64,000 nucleotides of DNA from Obrimoposthia wandeli (GCA_977020255.1 CDROCS010000253.1:2976001-3040000), one strand, 5' to 3'; numbered from the stretch's first letter, positions 41,393 through 51,232 are shown. Made by a program: numbers and translations. The notes: generated by a model from the letters alone, not told the origin.

Positions 41393-41817
41393 CTCTTTTA
41401 TTAAACAATATGTTGTATGACCTTTTGGATAATCAGGTAATTCACCAAATACTTTGTAACCTAGCTTTTCATTAAAAAGGCTTTGCTTGGAAGCTCAGTG
41501 TTTCCGTGCGCATGTACTCCAAACCCTTTTATCTTTAAAGCAATTTTTTCAGCTGCTTCCATTAAATTACTACCGAGCCCTAAACCTCTCGTTTCTTTAG
41601 ATAACCAAAGCAGTTCAATAGTACAGTAGTTCCAGAATGCATTTGCTCTAATACCTCCTAGAACTTTTCCATTTTCATCTTTGGCAAGGACAGCAAATTT
41701 GGTGTCTTTTTCAAAGCCAACGTCATCCGGTAGATAGTCTTTATTATAGGAGCCAATACCGACACTTAATGCCTTAAGATCTTCCTGAGTAGGTGAAGTT
41801 GTTACTACGAGATTCAT
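41387..41817 (-). pseudogene. GNAT acetyltransferase, frameshifted (second cassette)
   Basis: Colinear with 23637-24062 with small insertions near 41500-41550. Confidence 0.75.
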
Positions 41818-41838
41818 ATATACCGACATCCGACAGAG

Positions 41839-41933
41839 TTATAACGCTTATATTAAGCGGCTAAGTACAATTTGCTATAATGCGCGGAGCGCGAGCAAAC
41901 TGTACGTGTCCGACTTGAATTATCTTGTTATTT
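41839..41933 (-). repeat. attC of the first cassette
   Basis: TTATAAC...GTTATTT. Confidence 0.85.
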
Positions 41934-42223
41934 GATGGTAGCGGAAAACTACTAACGATAACAAGAACTTTACTGGTTTTGGCAGCCCGACCGTAGAACT
42001 AAAAAGTGCCCAGCGCCACGACTAACCAAACAGTGATTTTTGAGCCAAAAACGAAAGCTCGTTTAGTTAATGGCTTTACGACAATAATGTCTAAAATAGT
42101 AAAGTCTATTAGCGGCTATAACTAAACCGATCAGGCGAAAACTGAGGCGTAACCCACCAAAATAATTTGGGGAATACCGCTTTTACAAATAAAACTTTAG
42201 CTGATTTCGTGGTGCCAAATAAC
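41928..42223. other. Non-coding cassette, family A (copy 3), first position in the array
   Basis: GTTATTT / AAATAAC complementary ends; no ORF of 60 aa or more; shared motif. Confidence 0.78.
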
Positions 42224-42245
42224 AGTTTATTATGAGGCAAAATTC
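42217..42245 (-). other. attI site (core GTTATTT on the minus strand at 42217-42223)
   Basis: Core matches the R'' of the first cassette; no attC hairpin follows; lies in front of divergent intI. Confidence 0.7.
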
Positions 42246-42397
42246 CTTCTTTCTACAAGAGGGGATAAATCGTCCATAATTTATAATGGAAAGAGATTAC
42301 TTGATTGTTATCGATAGATCAATGAGTTAAAAATAAAGCTATGAGTGGTTGATGTGTGAAAGGAGGCAATTTGCGCGCTTTCTTGTAGAAAGAAGGA
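42244..42397. repeat. 17-bp perfect inverted repeat enclosing the 120-bp Pc/Pint region
   Basis: TCCTTCTTTCTACAAGA (42244-42260) / TCTTGTAGAAAGAAGGA (42381-42397). Confidence 0.85.
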
Positions 42398-42408
42398 TTT
42401 AAGCTAAA

Positions 42409-42424
42409 CTGTATGGGTGTACAG
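42409..42424 (+). promoter_or_regulatory. LexA (SOS) box upstream of intI
   Basis: CTGTatgggtgtACAG = CTGT-N8-ACAG, 16 bp before ATG 42441. Confidence 0.85.
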
Positions 42425-42440
42425 TTACCTTGAGGTTTTT

Positions 42441-43200
42441 ATGTCTTCTCCTTTTTTGCAGCACATTACGGAACAAATGCGTTTAAAACGTTATGCTAAA
42501 AGAACGATAGAAAGCTATGTCTATTGGATAAAGGCGTTTATAAACTTTAATGGCCAGCGTCATCCAATAAAATGTCATGATGTGGGAGTTGAAAATTTTC
42601 TTTCTCATTTAACAAACAAACTTAATGTCGCACCTAGAACCCAAGGTGTGGCATTAAATGCTTTAGTCTTCTTGTATAGAGGGATCCTGTTAAAGCCCTT
42701 AACGCTTGAGCTTAACTTCAATAAGTCTAAGCAGGTTACTAAGTTACCTGTCGTGTTAACCCAAGAAGAGGTAATTGCGTTACGTTTAATGGAGGTTGTT
42801 CGCTTAAGAGTACAGGACATTGATTTTGACTTTCATGCTATTCAAGTGTGGCAAGGGAAGGGCGGTAAAAATCGGCGTGTTACCTTAGTAAAGGAGTTGT
42901 GCGAGTCGTTTAAGTGAAGATCCCGAAACAGGTTTTGTTCGTCGACATCATATTGATGAAACAACATTAAGAAAATCAGTGAAAATGGCTGCATGCAATG
43001 CAGAGATAGAAAAAAATGTGACTTGTCATACGTTAAGGCATTCATTTGCCAACATTTATTGCAACGAGGGGCCGATATAAGAACCAGTACGCGAGGGAAC
43101 GAATTAAAGTCATACTGATATTCGTACTACGCAAATATACACTCATGTCATTGAACAGGGTGCGAATGGTGTTCGCAGCCCATTATCAGATTTACTCTAA
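42441..43200 (+). pseudogene. intI: Integron integrase, with internal deletions and frameshifts
   Basis: MRLKRYAKRTIESY-WI, LRLME-LRVQDIDF, GKGGKNR, DPETG-RRHH, CHTLRHSFA, TTQIYTHV, GVRSPL; 760 bp, most of the IntI-specific insertion missing. Confidence 0.9.
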
Positions 43201-43313
43201 AGTAGGCACTTTGAGAATAATAAAACCGCGCGATACAGCGCGATTTTATTTAAAAAAGGGGGTGTAAAGTCGTTAATACAAAGTGTTTAACACCTTGCAT
43301 TAACAAACCTCAA

Positions 43314-45167
43314 CTAGGCTTTTTTAGTTTTTATGTAGTCATTAACTAAGTCGGCTAAAACGTTAAGTGGTACAGGACCATTTTTTAATACTACGTCATG
43401 AAATTCACGAATATCAAACTTATCACCTAATTGAACTCTAGCTTGTTCACGTAATTCAATAATTTTGTTCATGCCAACTTTGTAAGCAGTCGCTTGTGAT
43501 GGCATAACGACATGACGTTCAACCATTTTTACTGCATCAGATAAGGCATTAGGCGTATTAGCTGCGTAGTACTCTATGCCTTGCTTACGTGTCCACTGTT
43601 TAGTGTGAATACCAGTATCAACCACTAAACGACATGCACGCCATAATTCCATAGCTAAGCGACCAAAGTCAGAATATGGGTCTTGGTATAAGCCAATTTC
43701 TTTAGGGATCATTTCACTGTAAAGACCCCAGCCTTCAGTATGGGCGGTATAACCACCAAATTTACGGAACATGGGAATGCCCGTTAATTCTTGTTTGATT
43801 GCTAATTGCATGTGATGACCCGGAATACCTTCGTGATACGCTAAAGCTGCCATTTGATAAGTAGGCATCGCTTCCATATCATAAAGGTTGGCGTAATAAG
43901 TACCCGGGCGTGAGCCGTCTGGAGCAGGGCTTTCATAAAAGGCTTTTCCGGCAGACTTTTCTCTAAAGCCTTCAACCGCTTTAACTTTTAATGCCGCTTT
44001 TGGTTTGGTTAAAAATAAGCTGTCTAAACGACCTTCCATCTCATCGATAAGTGCTATGGCTTCAGTTAAGTAACGTTTTTTTCCTTCATCGGTAGCTGGA
44101 TAGTAAAATTGTTGGTCGGTACGCATGAAGTTGAAAAAGTCGTTAAGGCTGCCGTCAAAGTCAACTTGTTTCATAATCACACGCATTTCATTATGTATAC
44201 GTGTTACTTCACTTAAGCCAAGGGTATGAATTTGCGCTGAGGTTAAGTCAGTGGTGGTAGTACGTTTTAACGCGTTATTGTAAAAGGCTTCACCGTCAGG
44301 AAATTTCCAAGCGCCGTCACGGTTGTCTGCTTTTTTCTCAAGCGCGGTTAAGTAAGTGATTAATTGTTGGTAACCAGGTTTTAAGTTGTCAATTAGTGCT
44401 GCTTTTACGTCAGTAATTAAGACAGATTTTTCTGCATCACTAATGCTTAGCTTATTAATTTTACGAGTGAAGTCGGAAAAAATTGTGCTGTTAGACGTAT
44501 CGTCAAATGGAGCACCTACTAGAATATTTTTTGAGTCTCTAATAACATGTGGAAAAACAAATTTAGGGGCAATGATGCCTTTTGCTTCACGCAATTTAAG
44601 CTGTTCAACGAGTTGCCCTAGTAATTTTTGCGCGCCGCGAACACGAGCAATATAATCTTGTGCTTCTTTAACGTTACTGATTGAGTGCTGGTTAATTAAA
44701 AAGGCAGGTATTTGCGCGTGCGTGCCATGCATTTGATTAACGGGGTAACTATGAAAGCGCCATTTATAATCTGCGATATGATTTTCTAAGTTTTGAATGA
44801 ATAAATTAAGGCTTAATGTAGTTTGTACATCAAGGCTGTTGACGTCAATAGCTTTCACTCGCACAAGATTTGCTTTAGCAATCGCCAGCTCATTTGCTGC
44901 ATTTTCTTCTGAAAGATCATTCCATTGGTCGTAATCTTTTTTAATACCTAAATAGGTTTGTTTTACTGGGTTACGGTCAACACCTTCTTTAAAAATAGTG
45001 TCAAATAATGCATTAGCTTGCTCTGAGGCTGTTGTTGCTTTAACGGTAGCTTCATTAGCAGTGATAGCTGATTGTTTGTTATCTTGAGATGAAACGATTT
45101 GCTCTGAACAAGCACTGAGTAAAGCCGCGGTTATGGCAACGACTAACAGGGATTTTTTAAATATCAT
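43314..45167 (-). CDS. DUF885 family lipoprotein
   Basis: LLSAC lipobox; LAYHEGIPGHH, EGWGLYSE, PSQATAYKVG. Confidence 0.9.
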   Translation of the reverse strand: MIFKKSLLVVAITAALLSACSEQIVSSQDNKQSAITANEATVKATTASEQANALFDTIFKEGVDRNPVKQTYLGIKKDYDQWNDLSEENAANELAIAKANLVRVKAIDVNSLDVQTTLSLNLFIQNLENHIADYKWRFHSYPVNQMHGTHAQIPAFLINQHSISNVKEAQDYIARVRGAQKLLGQLVEQLKLREAKGIIAPKFVFPHVIRDSKNILVGAPFDDTSNSTIFSDFTRKINKLSISDAEKSVLITDVKAALIDNLKPGYQQLITYLTALEKKADNRDGAWKFPDGEAFYNNALKRTTTTDLTSAQIHTLGLSEVTRIHNEMRVIMKQVDFDGSLNDFFNFMRTDQQFYYPATDEGKKRYLTEAIALIDEMEGRLDSLFLTKPKAALKVKAVEGFREKSAGKAFYESPAPDGSRPGTYYANLYDMEAMPTYQMAALAYHEGIPGHHMQLAIKQELTGIPMFRKFGGYTAHTEGWGLYSEMIPKEIGLYQDPYSDFGRLAMELWRACRLVVDTGIHTKQWTRKQGIEYYAANTPNALSDAVKMVERHVVMPSQATAYKVGMNKIIELREQARVQLGDKFDIREFHDVVLKNGPVPLNVLADLVNDYIKTKKA

Positions 45168-45338
45168 TCTATTTAGATTTCACTTATATGTTATGCATTT
45201 TCATTAGTGTGCCTTAAGATAGGTGGCTAATTCAATGAAAGCTCGACAGAACGCTCTAAAATTACGACCAACAGGTGTTGTGCACTGATGAAAAGAAGTA
45301 AACTTAACGGTAACATTATGTACATGGAAACCCAGTAA

Positions 45339-45806
45339 ATGAAATTTACCGTTGGCTTTCGAAAAGTGAAACATGAAGATATAGATTTCTTGTTGGAGTT
45401 ACGTAGAAAAACGATGACTCAACATTTGTTAGCGGCAGGTATTCGTATGACAGATGAGCAACATTTAGTCCAAATAAGAGAACATATTGCTGAAAGCCAT
45501 ATTATTTTAGCTGATCGAAAATCTATCGGGCTATTGAAAATGGGCGTGCTCTCACTGAATAATACTGGTAAAAGTTTACACATTAGGCAGATACAAATTA
45601 TGCCTAAATATCAAGGTAAGGGCATTGGCAGTAAGGTACTGACGGTGGTAAAAAAGCGTGCGTTACAGTTGTGCTTACCGATCACCTTAAATGTTTTATT
45701 GAAAAATCCGGCACGAGGTTTGTACTTGCGTCATGGTTTTCAAGTTGAGAAGAAAACCCGTTTAGAGTTTCAATTACGTTGTCCATTAGAAGTGATTGCC
45801 GCTTAG
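45339..45806 (+). CDS. GNAT acetyltransferase
   Basis: IQIMPKYQGKGIGS, NPARGLYLRHGF. Confidence 0.88.
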   Translation: MKFTVGFRKVKHEDIDFLLELRRKTMTQHLLAAGIRMTDEQHLVQIREHIAESHIILADRKSIGLLKMGVLSLNNTGKSLHIRQIQIMPKYQGKGIGSKVLTVVKKRALQLCLPITLNVLLKNPARGLYLRHGFQVEKKTRLEFQLRCPLEVIAA

Positions 45807-45869
45807 CTTGTTTATTTAAGCTTGCCAGCGACAATCATTATTTTCGAGTTTACTTACCTAGCACTGTAC

Positions 45870-47354
45870 TTAATAAATAAGTCCATTGCGTTTTACTTTA
45901 TTCGGGTCAATACGTGAGGGCGTAATAGAGCCATCAACCAATGGTGTAGTGGCAATTGCCAGCATTTTAATTACTTGTAACATTGAGGGTAAGTTCAAGC
46001 TATTAATGTCATCAGTGACTTGATGATAATGTTGGTCTTTATCAAGCTGCGTACTGCTGAAACTATGGGCAGGCACACCTAGCCTGGCTAAGGTTGCATT
46101 ATCTGAACGATAGAATAAGTTTTGCTTAGGGTAGGGATCAGCATAAATGGTTAGGTTTTTTGGTGCTAACGCTTGGTTTAGTTGTTCACCTAGGTTTGAG
46201 CGATCCATACCTGTCATCCACACAGTGCCATCACCAAAAACCGCAGGTTTACCAATCATTTCAATGTTTATCATGGCTGTTATTGTGGTTGGCTCTACGT
46301 GGGTAGAAAAGTGTTTTGAGCCAAAACCACCAATTTCTTCGGCGCTAAAAGCAGCAAATATTAACGTTCTTTCGTTATTACCCAATTTAGTAAAGTAATT
46401 TGCTAAATTGATAATGGCAGACACACCAGAAGCATCATCATCGGCACCATTAAAAATCTCACTACTTTGTTGTGTTTTACTGTTCGGTGTTGCATCAATG
46501 CTAGGTTTAACACCTAAGTGATCATAATGAGCTGAGTAAAGTACAATTTCGTTAGCTTTGCTTTTACCGGGTAAAATACCCACCACATTACTTAAGGCGG
46601 TGTCGGTAACGTTAGCATTGCCTTTGATGCTAAATTGCTTCACTTTACTGATATCAGTTAATGCGATAACGATAACGCCACCTTGCTCAGTGGCGTTTTT
46701 GTCAACGAGTTTAGTTAAGCCTTGAGCAAAGTAACTTTGATAGCGTTTAAAGCTTTCTTCATGTTTTGGGTGCAATAATACTAAATGCTGACCGCCTTGG
46801 TTATTTAACTTCCGCAGTGATTTACGCATATTGTCGTCTTCACCAATCATTACCGTGTTTACTGGTCGATTGTTTTTTTCAGCATTACTGTTCCATTGAA
46901 AAGCAGTTACCGTTGTGACCATTGATAATGATTCGCTAGCAATGTCTTGGCCGTTAATTTCAACAGTAAGCATATCAGGCGTTATTTTCTGTACCAAGTA
47001 TTGCTGTTTAAATTTTGGCGCGCTTGGTGCTGGTGTAAGACCTACTTCGTTAAAACGTTTAGCAATAAAGTCGGCAGCTTGGCGAATATTAAGGCTAAAG
47101 TTGTTTCTGCCTTTAAGCTCATCACTTGCTAAGTAACTAACATCTTTGGTGATGTTTTCTAAAGTAATAGTGTCATCTAAGCGAGTAAGAACATTTTTAT
47201 TTGTCTCTTCACCCAGCCCTAAGTTTATATTGCTACAACCGGTCAATGATAAGCCAACGAGTGATATTAGTGTTAGAGAGGTAGTTAATACCATTCGCGG
47301 TAAACGTTTTTTAGTCATTATTGTCGTCATTTTTTTAGTTTTTTCTATTATCAT
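45870..47354 (-). CDS. M28 family metallopeptidase lipoprotein (start uncertain)
   Basis: SAHYDHLG, NGADDDASG, FSAEEIG, NIEMIG, RSDN, YHQVTD. Confidence 0.9.
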   Translation of the reverse strand: MIIEKTKKMTTIMTKKRLPRMVLTTSLTLISLVGLSLTGCSNINLGLGEETNKNVLTRLDDTITLENITKDVSYLASDELKGRNNFSLNIRQAADFIAKRFNEVGLTPAPSAPKFKQQYLVQKITPDMLTVEINGQDIASESLSMVTTVTAFQWNSNAEKNNRPVNTVMIGEDDNMRKSLRKLNNQGGQHLVLLHPKHEESFKRYQSYFAQGLTKLVDKNATEQGGVIVIALTDISKVKQFSIKGNANVTDTALSNVVGILPGKSKANEIVLYSAHYDHLGVKPSIDATPNSKTQQSSEIFNGADDDASGVSAIINLANYFTKLGNNERTLIFAAFSAEEIGGFGSKHFSTHVEPTTITAMINIEMIGKPAVFGDGTVWMTGMDRSNLGEQLNQALAPKNLTIYADPYPKQNLFYRSDNATLARLGVPAHSFSSTQLDKDQHYHQVTDDINSLNLPSMLQVIKMLAIATTPLVDGSITPSRIDPNKVKRNGLIY

Positions 47355-47367
47355 GAATGGCTATCTC

Positions 47368-47901
47368 TTATTGGAGTTTTATTGTTTCAACCAATAGGGT
47401 TTCTTCACCTGAAGTTAACCACAGTTGACCATCTTGAATGCTACATTGAAATTCCATATTGCGGCTAAGAAGCTTTACTAATGCTTCACAAGTACTTTGC
47501 TCGAACTGCTCAATGGTTAAACGTTCAAATTTACTTAGGTTTTGCTCAGCTTGAGACCACCAGGTATTTACGCTGCTGCCATAGCAATAAAGTTTTACCG
47601 CTTTTGCTTGGTTACAGGCTTTTTTAAGACGCTTTTCATCTAGCTGACCCAGCTCAATCCATAGGTTGATTTCGCTGCTGTAATTAATTTGCCAAAGGGC
47701 CGCTTCACTTTCATCACTAAGACCTTTACCAAACTGCAAATCTTCGTGGGCATTAAGGATGTAGGCAATGAGACGCACCATTAATCTTTGTGGTGTTTCT
47801 GAAGGGTGTTGAGCAACGGTAAGTTGCAAGCTGTCGTAATAATTACGATCCATATCGGCGAGTTCGATATTGGCTTTATATATAGTTGCTTTAAGGGCCA
47901 T
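47368..47901 (-). CDS. yaeQ: YaeQ family protein
   Basis: MALKATIYKA-I-DMDR-YY, AQHPSET-RLM-R, LWIELG. Confidence 0.92.
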   Translation of the reverse strand: MALKATIYKANIELADMDRNYYDSLQLTVAQHPSETPQRLMVRLIAYILNAHEDLQFGKGLSDESEAALWQINYSSEINLWIELGQLDEKRLKKACNQAKAVKLYCYGSSVNTWWSQAEQNLSKFERLTIEQFEQSTCEALVKLLSRNMEFQCSIQDGQLWLTSGEETLLVETIKLQ

Positions 47902-48181
47902 GTTTGCTTAGAGGTGATAAATAGTGGCGGTATCATAACAGCATGATGCTCACTTGCAAAAGCTTGCCAAGATAAAGTTATTTGGGTGGTATACCCTTCC
48001 ACTTGAAGATGCATGATTCAGCTGGAATTAGAAACGCCTTTAGGCAAGGTATTGATTGAAGAGAATGGTTGTTCAGGAGAATACATTTCTTGCATTCACT
48101 AGTAAGCTACATCCATGTAGCGTCCTTTACGGACTGAAAGTCCTGTAGTGATCGTTGTATTCATATACATTCAAGGTAAAT

Positions 48182-48414
48182 TGTCGGGCCTCGCTACGCT
48201 CGTGCCGACCTACAAAAACTAAGCAGGTTTATTGCGTAGGTCGATGCTTGCCTCGACAAAAAGAATCATACCAGGACTTTCGCCTAGCAATTTTTCATTG
48301 ACGGTATAAATGCTTAGCTACAAAAGCTAAGCTGGTTTATTACGTAGGTCGATGCTTGCCTCGACAAAAAGAATCATACTAGGACTTTGCCTAGCAATTT
48401 TTCATTGACGGTAT
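48182..48414. repeat. GTAG-type REP cluster: one inverted REP plus two ~108-bp tandem units
   Basis: GTAGGTCGATGCTTGCCTCGACAA at 48236 and 48344; inverted gccgacctac ending at 48213. Confidence 0.75.
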
Positions 48415-48558
48415 ATATATCGACCGTAAAATAGGCAGTATTTATCAAATGAATAACTAGGATAATATTAATTAATTCTACTTATGGTGAGATTTAAAGC
48501 ATGATAAAGTCATAGAAATAATTCTACTTATACCACCCTTAACTCTTTAGAGGCTCAC

Positions 48559-49680
48559 ATGACAATTCAATCTTTTTTTCCGCCAGAACGTACTTTGATG
48601 GGACCGGGTCCATCAGATGTTAGCCCACGTGTTCTATCTGCCTTAGCAAGACCAACCATAGGGCATCTTGATCCTTGTTTTGTTGCCATGATGGATGAAG
48701 TAAAAGAATTACTGCAATATGCTTTTCAAACTAAAAACAAGTTCACCATGGCAGTATCGGCGCCAGGCTCTGCGGGTATGGAAGCTTGTTTTGTTAACTT
48801 AATCACCCCAGATGATACTGTGGTTGTTTGTGTTAATGGCGTATTTGGCATGCGTATGATTGAAAATGTTAAACGTATTGGTGCTAAATTAGTTGTTGTT
48901 GAAGGTGAGTGGGGCAGAGCCGTTGACCCGCAAGCATTAGAGGCTTCACTTAACGAAAATCCACAAGCGAATTTTGTTGCATTTGTTCATGCGGAAACAT
49001 CAACAGGGGCGTTATCCGATGCAAAAACTTTGTGTGCGATTGCCAAAAACCACGATTGTTTAACCATTGTTGATGCTGTAACGTCTTTAGGTGGTGTTGA
49101 ACTGCGTGTTGATGATTGGGGCATTGATGCCGTTTATTCTGGCAGTCAAAAATGTCTATCTTGTGTACCTGGTTTATCACCGGTAAGTTTTAGTGATAAA
49201 GCGGCTGAGGTTATTCAAAACCGTGGCATTGCGGTACAAAGTTGGTTTCTTGATCAATCACTTGTCATGGGATATTGGTCGGGAGAAGGTAAACGCAGTT
49301 ATCATCATACTGCGCCTGTTAACTCTTTATATGCATTACATGAATCTTTAGTCATGTTACAAAATGAAGGGTTAGAAAATAGCTGGGCTAGACATAAGAC
49401 TATGCATGATAAGTTAAGTACAGGCTTAGCTGAATTAGGTTTAGATTTTATTGTGCCAGCTGACGAACGATTACCACAGTTAAATGCCGTCTATATTCCA
49501 GAGGGTATTGATGACGCTAAAGTAAGAAATTTTTTACTGAATGAATATAACCTAGAGATTGGCGCTGGTTTAGGTGCTTTTGCTGGTAAAGCATGGCGTA
49601 TAGGCTTAATGGGTTATGCTGCACGAAATGAAAATGTTACTTTATGTTTAGCTGCATTAAAAGAAGCTTTGAAGCAATAG
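48559..49680 (+). CDS. Class V PLP aminotransferase (alanine-glyoxylate/serine-pyruvate family)
   Basis: LMGPGPS, VHAETSTG, DAVTSLGG, SGSQKCL, WRIGLMG. Confidence 0.92.
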   Translation: MTIQSFFPPERTLMGPGPSDVSPRVLSALARPTIGHLDPCFVAMMDEVKELLQYAFQTKNKFTMAVSAPGSAGMEACFVNLITPDDTVVVCVNGVFGMRMIENVKRIGAKLVVVEGEWGRAVDPQALEASLNENPQANFVAFVHAETSTGALSDAKTLCAIAKNHDCLTIVDAVTSLGGVELRVDDWGIDAVYSGSQKCLSCVPGLSPVSFSDKAAEVIQNRGIAVQSWFLDQSLVMGYWSGEGKRSYHHTAPVNSLYALHESLVMLQNEGLENSWARHKTMHDKLSTGLAELGLDFIVPADERLPQLNAVYIPEGIDDAKVRNFLLNEYNLEIGAGLGAFAGKAWRIGLMGYAARNENVTLCLAALKEALKQ

Positions 49681-49703
49681 AGACAATCAAAGTCATAAAT
49701 AAA

Positions 49704-49852
49704 CATGCCTATGTAGATCAATCAGGAAAGAGACAATACCGTCATTCCCGAGATATCTTGTCGGGAATCTAAAACGCCAGACAATGGATCTTCGACTAGA
49801 CACTTCGAAGATGACGAAATTAATGCACTCCTGAGTCAACTACATAGGCATG
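49704..49852. repeat. MITE/REP-like element with ~24-bp terminal IRs and internal ATTCCCGA..TCGGGAAT hairpin
   Basis: CATGCCTATGTAG...CTACATAGGCATG ends. Confidence 0.65.
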
Positions 49853-49883
49853 CAAATAAAAGACGTATATAAAAGTTAAAGAT

Positions 49884-49924
49884 AAAAAAGCCCTGTACTG
49901 ATATTTGTCGGTACAGGGCTTTTT
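49884..49924. terminator. Bidirectional rho-independent terminator
   Basis: AAAAAAGCCCTGTAC...GTACAGGGCTTTTT between convergent genes. Confidence 0.88.
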
Positions 49925-49964
49925 ATTAATCGTTTATTTACGGTTACCGATCGGTTACTGGTTT

Positions 49965-50384
49965 TTACCAACTACCGCTATTTTCCATACTTAACCATGG
50001 CTCTTGTGGCGCTAAGGAACCATCTTTTTGCAATAACTCTATCGCTATACCATCAGGTGAGTTAACAAAGGCCATATGACCACAACGAGGCGGTCTATTA
50101 ATGGTTATACCGGCATCTTGTAACGTTTGACACGTTTGATAAATATTATCAACTTCAAACGCTAAATGACCGAAGCTACGCCCAGCAGAGTAATCTTCAG
50201 TCGAGCCCCAGTTGTGAGTCAGTTCAACTTCAGGTCCACCTATTTCAGTTGCTAAGTAAACTAAGGTAAATTTACCTGCGGGTACTTCACTACGTCTTGT
50301 TTCAATCAAGCCCAGTTTATTGATATAAAAATCAAGCGATTGCTCTAAATCACGTACACGTACCATGGTATGTAAAAATTTCAT
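49965..50384 (-). CDS. gloA: Lactoylglutathione lyase (glyoxalase I)
   Basis: FLHTMVRV-DL-SLDFY, ELTHNW, FGHLAF, PDG-IELLQ. Confidence 0.88.
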   Translation of the reverse strand: MKFLHTMVRVRDLEQSLDFYINKLGLIETRRSEVPAGKFTLVYLATEIGGPEVELTHNWGSTEDYSAGRSFGHLAFEVDNIYQTCQTLQDAGITINRPPRCGHMAFVNSPDGIAIELLQKDGSLAPQEPWLSMENSGSW

Positions 50385-50487
50385 AAGGCGCTCATTTTGT
50401 TAAAGTAAGATTGATATAGGATAGTCATTTTATCAGCGGAGTTAGTGTTATACCAAACGGATCAATAAATTAGTCCGATTGGTATTA

Positions 50488-51147
50488 CTATTCTTCTTTG
50501 GAACCGTATTCACACAAATCTTCAATGATACAGGAACCACATTTTGGTTTTTTGGCTGTGCAGGTATAACGCCCATGCAATATGAACCAATGGTGTAAGT
50601 TAAACATAAACTCTGTTTTTCTAGGTGTTAGTTTTATTATGTTTGCTTCAACCTGATCTACCGTTTTACCAGGCGCATATTTAGTGCGGTTAGCAAGCCG
50701 ATATATATGGGTATCCACCGCTAAAAAATAGTTACCTTCATCATCTTTTAGCCAGCCAAAAGAAGTATTTAAAACCACATTAGCGGTTTTACGTCCAACG
50801 CCAGGAAGAGCTTCTAGCGAGGCTCTGTTCTCTGGTACTTCACCGCCATGTAAATCGACTAACATTTGACACGTTTTAATGGTGTTTTGTGCTTTGGTAT
50901 TAAATAAACCAATGGTTTTGATATAGCTTTTTAAGCCATCCAGACCCAGGTCTAAAATAGCTTGGGGTGTATTGGCAACAGGGTAGAGTTTGTCCGTTGC
51001 TTTATTAACGCCAACATCGGTTGCTTGGGCAGAGAGTAGCACAGCAATAAGCAATTCGAACGGGCTAGAAAAGTTTAATTCTGTGGTTGGCTGTGGATTT
51101 TCGTCTCGAAGCCGAGTTAACATTTCTAAGCGTTTTTCTTTATTCAT
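50488..51147 (-). CDS. nth: Endonuclease III
   Basis: HhH LPGVGRKTANVV, VDTH, CTAKKPKCGSCIIEDLC. Confidence 0.96.
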   Translation of the reverse strand: MNKEKRLEMLTRLRDENPQPTTELNFSSPFELLIAVLLSAQATDVGVNKATDKLYPVANTPQAILDLGLDGLKSYIKTIGLFNTKAQNTIKTCQMLVDLHGGEVPENRASLEALPGVGRKTANVVLNTSFGWLKDDEGNYFLAVDTHIYRLANRTKYAPGKTVDQVEANIIKLTPRKTEFMFNLHHWFILHGRYTCTAKKPKCGSCIIEDLCEYGSKEE

Positions 51148-51232
51148 TGTTCTACTCTTTTATTCCATGTTGGGGCATGATTTACTGTTATTAGTAGTAA
51201 ACTATTTAGTCATTTATCATTAAACATAGCGG

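Larger units (their letters stand above)
19314..42223 (-). mobile_element. Chromosomal integron gene-cassette array (remnants may extend left to ~18010)
   Basis: About 20 related imperfect palindromes bounded by RYYYAAC...GTTRRRY-type boxes separate short, mostly minus-strand ORFs; attI core and divergent intI at the right end. Confidence 0.95.

Noticed and set aside
30867-41933. Regularly spaced repeats as a CRISPR array
   Set aside because: The repeats are ~92-103 bp imperfect palindromes with R/L boxes, the spacers are gene-sized, and there are no cas genes; these are attC sites.
18000-42223. Toxin-antitoxin cassettes
   Set aside because: No recognisable RelE/ParE/HigB/Doc-type or antitoxin pairs; the GNATs lack adjacent antitoxin ORFs.
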